NCBI GenBank assembly: GCA_009602735.1
Contig: WELA01002202.1
Coordinates: 225,727-261,452 of the forward strand
Origin: Mesotaenium endlicherianum
Taxonomy: Eukaryota
Reading direction: 5' to 3'
Length of the DNA stretch: 35,726 nucleotides
Shown here: piece after piece, positions 32,701-35,726 of the stretch
How the letters are laid out: the number at the start of each line of letters is the position of its first letter
How positions within the stretch are numbered: the first letter of the stretch is position 1
Notes under the pieces: model-generated
What the model was told of the DNA's origin: nothing
What the model saw: only the letters and a program-made list of their open reading frames with translations
Databases searched by the model: none
Made by a program: the position numbers and the translations under genes

Positions 32701-35700
32701 ATGGCGTCAACGATGGATGTAGATGGTGATCAAAACATGGGCAGCATGGATGAGGAGGAGCAGGAGAAAGCGCTGGTGCCCTCTGTGGACGACTTTTGCT
32801 GCCCAATCTGCCAGGACTTGGTGTTTAAGCCTGTTGTCAACGGTGATTACTTCCACCATGCGCGATCAGGACGTCCTTGCTATGGAACGTGAAAGAGGCA
32901 TACTCTGACTTCAGAGGGGCTTTTGATTTGAAATGAAGCCCTTCGTTGACGTTGAGGCCAGAACGAAGCGTAAAAGTGATAGGGAAAGTTCCGAGCTGGC
33001 GCCCTTGCTCGTCTACACGCGTGTGTGCAAGCCTGTGGGTGGGCAGCTTCGACAGAATGCTAGGAAATCATTCTTCTTGCTCCGGCTTTTGCTGGAACAT
33101 TAGTCACTTCCCTTGTAGTCATGCTCGGATGTCATTGAAGCTTCCAGTCCTCCCCATGGGATACAATCTTTGAATGTAGCCAGACTTGGGTGACTCTGGA
33201 AGAGGCAGTCTCTTTCGTCTGGTGTGGGAGGCTGTGGCAAGGAAGGCATAGCCTCGAGGCTCTTCACGATCGAGTTGCTTGTCGTCTCTGAGACGTGCAG
33301 TTCTCCTCTCGCACGCGTCCACCTGACAGGCCTGATGGGAGGGGGGCGAGGTTGGGGGATCACTGTGTGCGCTTGTTGCTGACGATTCTTCTCCCGCTCT
33401 TCCGCTCTCGCACATCTGCCTGTTGGCCCGTGGGGGTGGGGTGGGGTGGGCTTGGGGTGGGGGTGACGCAGTATGCGGGCACGTGTTCTGCTTCTGGTGC
33501 GTGCACCGCGCCATGAGCCCTTATGCGGAGAGCCAGTGCCCCGTGTGCCGCCGCCAGTTCGAGCACTTCCCGCGCATCTGCGCCCTGCTGCACGCCTTCC
33601 TTGCGCGCGCCTTCCCCCGCGACTACGCCGCCCGCGCCGCCGAAGTGCACGGTCAGCCGCCCGCCCACCACCCCGTCCCCACCCCAGGAGCCCCTCCCCC
33701 AACCGATTTAGTAAGGCTGCGGGCGCACTCGTCTCCTTTCCCCCCGAGTGCTTACATGCCTCTAAGCCCCGGGCAGAACCCTAGCACCTGGACAGGTCCC
33801 TATTAGCAGGAGTCCCTATCCTCTGGCTAGCTTGGCCATGGCCCTTAGCAGTTTTGATTCGTGGGCCCTGTTCCTCCACCCCTGCACTCCACTCGCCCCA
33901 CCCTCCTTTTCCTGGTGTAGCCTCCTCTTCTGCTGGTGGCACGCACTCAATCACTTACTCGCTCACTCGCTCATTTCCTCTCTGAAGGAGCGTGGATCAT
34001 TCTATTTTAGCAGCAGCTAGCAGCAGCAGCAGCAATTTGGGCATGCGTGGAAATGCCTGCTGGAGAGAGGGACGCACTCCACTGGGGCCTGCTGTGTCTC
34101 GGTGTCTCCCGTGCGTGCGCTCGCTGGCGGAAAGCCGAACCTCATCTCAGACAAGCAGGCATATTCCTTCTCCTGTGTGTGCATGCGTGAGTGGCATTGC
34201 CTTTGCAGAGGAGGAAGCGCAGCGGAATGCCTTCGCGCCCAACCTCGACGAGATCGACGGCGATGGATACAAGGACCGCCCGGCCGCCCCGCTCTTGACA
34301 CCTGTCTACAGCGGGAACAATGGCCGACCGCAGCCCAGCCCAGGGACAGCTGTCGAGCAGTCGGGGGGCAGTTCTCCAGGCGCTGCAGGAGCCGTAGGGG
34401 TTGCCAGGGAGAGCCTGGGAGGCGCAGCAGCAGCAGGCCCCCCTCACCAGGAGGGACTGGGAGGAGCATTCAACAGGGCCCCTGCCGAGGCGAGGGGGGC
34501 CCCCGAGCTGGAGGGGCAGGTGGCGCACCAGGAACATGCACAGGTGTCATCTAGAGGTCCACCTGGGGCCGGGCAAGAGGGGGCAGGAGGCGACGGCTCT
34601 GGACCGGGAGGAGGAGACCAGGAGCGGGGGCGGGAGCAGGGGGAGGAGCTGGGTGTACGTGGCGTCAGCCAGGACAGGTGCCGGGCACAGGAAGGCGGTG
34701 GGACTGGAGGGGCGGCAGGCGCGGGCGTGAGTGCGAGTGGGATGGCAGGCGTGTCGGCGGCAGACTTCACGTGCGTGGTGTGCCGAGAGCTGCTGCTGCG
34801 CCCCGTCGTCATCAACTGCGGCCACGGTAGGCCCCCGCACCCGCCCCCGTCTTCCGCCCTTCCACCTCGGCACGTGGGCTGAAGCAGCGCCAGCACAGGC
34901 GCCAGCACCAGCACCAGCACCAGCACCAGCAACATTAACAGCAACTGTAACAGCATGCACACCAGCAGCAACACGAGTAGCAGCACCTGCAGGGGCAGCG
35001 GCAGCTGCAATCTTGCGGCTGGTGCACATCAGGCAGAGTGCTGTCTCTGGGCCCTTGGGGAGAGGAGACTTGCCCACATGAGCTTCCTGCTGCTCCCTCT
35101 TCCTGTGCTAGCTCTGCTTGGATGGAGTGGGTGCTTGGGACCTGGGAGGGGGGGGGGGAGGGCTGGCCCTGTACCCGCCTGATGCTGGTGTGCAACCGCC
35201 CGCCAGGCTCTCTCTCACCCGGGCTGCTGCAGTGGGGCGTCGAGAGTGAGCAAGCCACAGCCACAAGCTGAGCCGAGTCTGGCTTTTGGTTCAGCATCGC
35301 AGGGCTCTTCTGAATGGGCTCTGTGTCACATTGATTGCCCGCCGTCATCTGCCTGCAGGCTGTAGTAGTCCACCCACCAGACCATCAGCTTTCGCTCCGC
35401 TCCATGTGTTTGTTTGTGTTTGTGTGTGTGTGTGTGTGTCTGGTGCCGCGCACCACGGATGGTCCGTTGCATGCTCAAGAAGCGAGCAAGCTTGACGCCG
35501 TCTCCAGCCTCTTTCTGCCGTCTCACTCCCTCCTCGCTGCCGTTGCGTGCGTCAGCCCCCTGTCCCGCACTCCTCATTCCAATGCCCGGCTCTGATTGCT
35601 CCAACCAACCGTCGCGCGTCGTGCTGTCGTGCGGGGGCGCAGTGATGTGCGCCAGCTGCACGCCGGCGGCGGCAGGCGGAGCCCCCCTGCGGTGCGCGGC

Positions 35701-35726
35701 GTGCCGCATGGTGCAGCCCAGCGGGC
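32701..35726 (+). CDS. PRT1: E3 ubiquitin-protein ligase PRT1 (PROTEOLYSIS1; RING-RING-[ZZ]), 5' part, continuing beyond the window
   Basis: Exons 32701-32842, 33472-33651, 34209-34826 and 35643->end. RING1 reads FCCPICQDLVFKPVVN/VCGHVFCFWCVHRAMSPYAESQCPVCRRQFEHFPRICALLH, followed by EEEAQRNAFAP. RING2 reads FTCVVCRELLLRPVVINCGH/VMCASC...LRCAAC. The CFWCVH..M...ES.CP.CR....HFP.IC signature is characteristic of plant PRT1. Confidence 0.88.

Overview
This is eukaryotic nuclear DNA from a green-plant-lineage genome. The plant-type proteins combined with long, GC- and microsatellite-rich introns suggest a streptophyte alga (inference). It is a draft assembly with N gaps. Eight intron-containing genes can be reconstructed with in-phase splice sites: TBCC-domain protein TBCCD1 (3' part, +), U11/U12-20K/ZMAT5 zinc-finger protein (-), DPM2 (-), a plastid fibrillin/PAP (+), LHCA4 (-), a plant two-LIM protein (+), cytosolic tryptophanyl-tRNA synthetase (-, 12 exons) and the N-degron E3 ligase PRT1 (5' part, +). 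An apparently identical 1.5-kb tandem duplication across a single N is probably an assembly artefact. The most unusual signal is the intron architecture. In the GC-rich gene interiors, 3' splice sites lack a polypyrimidine tract and are G-rich while 5' intron ends are C-rich. Several introns have ends that can base-pair almost symmetrically, including a perfect 10-bp inverted repeat at +5..+14/-14..-5. LHCA4, LIM and DPM2 have ordinary U-rich introns. The TrpRS also carries non-canonical catalytic motifs (KMNAS, PHAIDQ). I recognised no RNA genes, CRISPR arrays or transposons.
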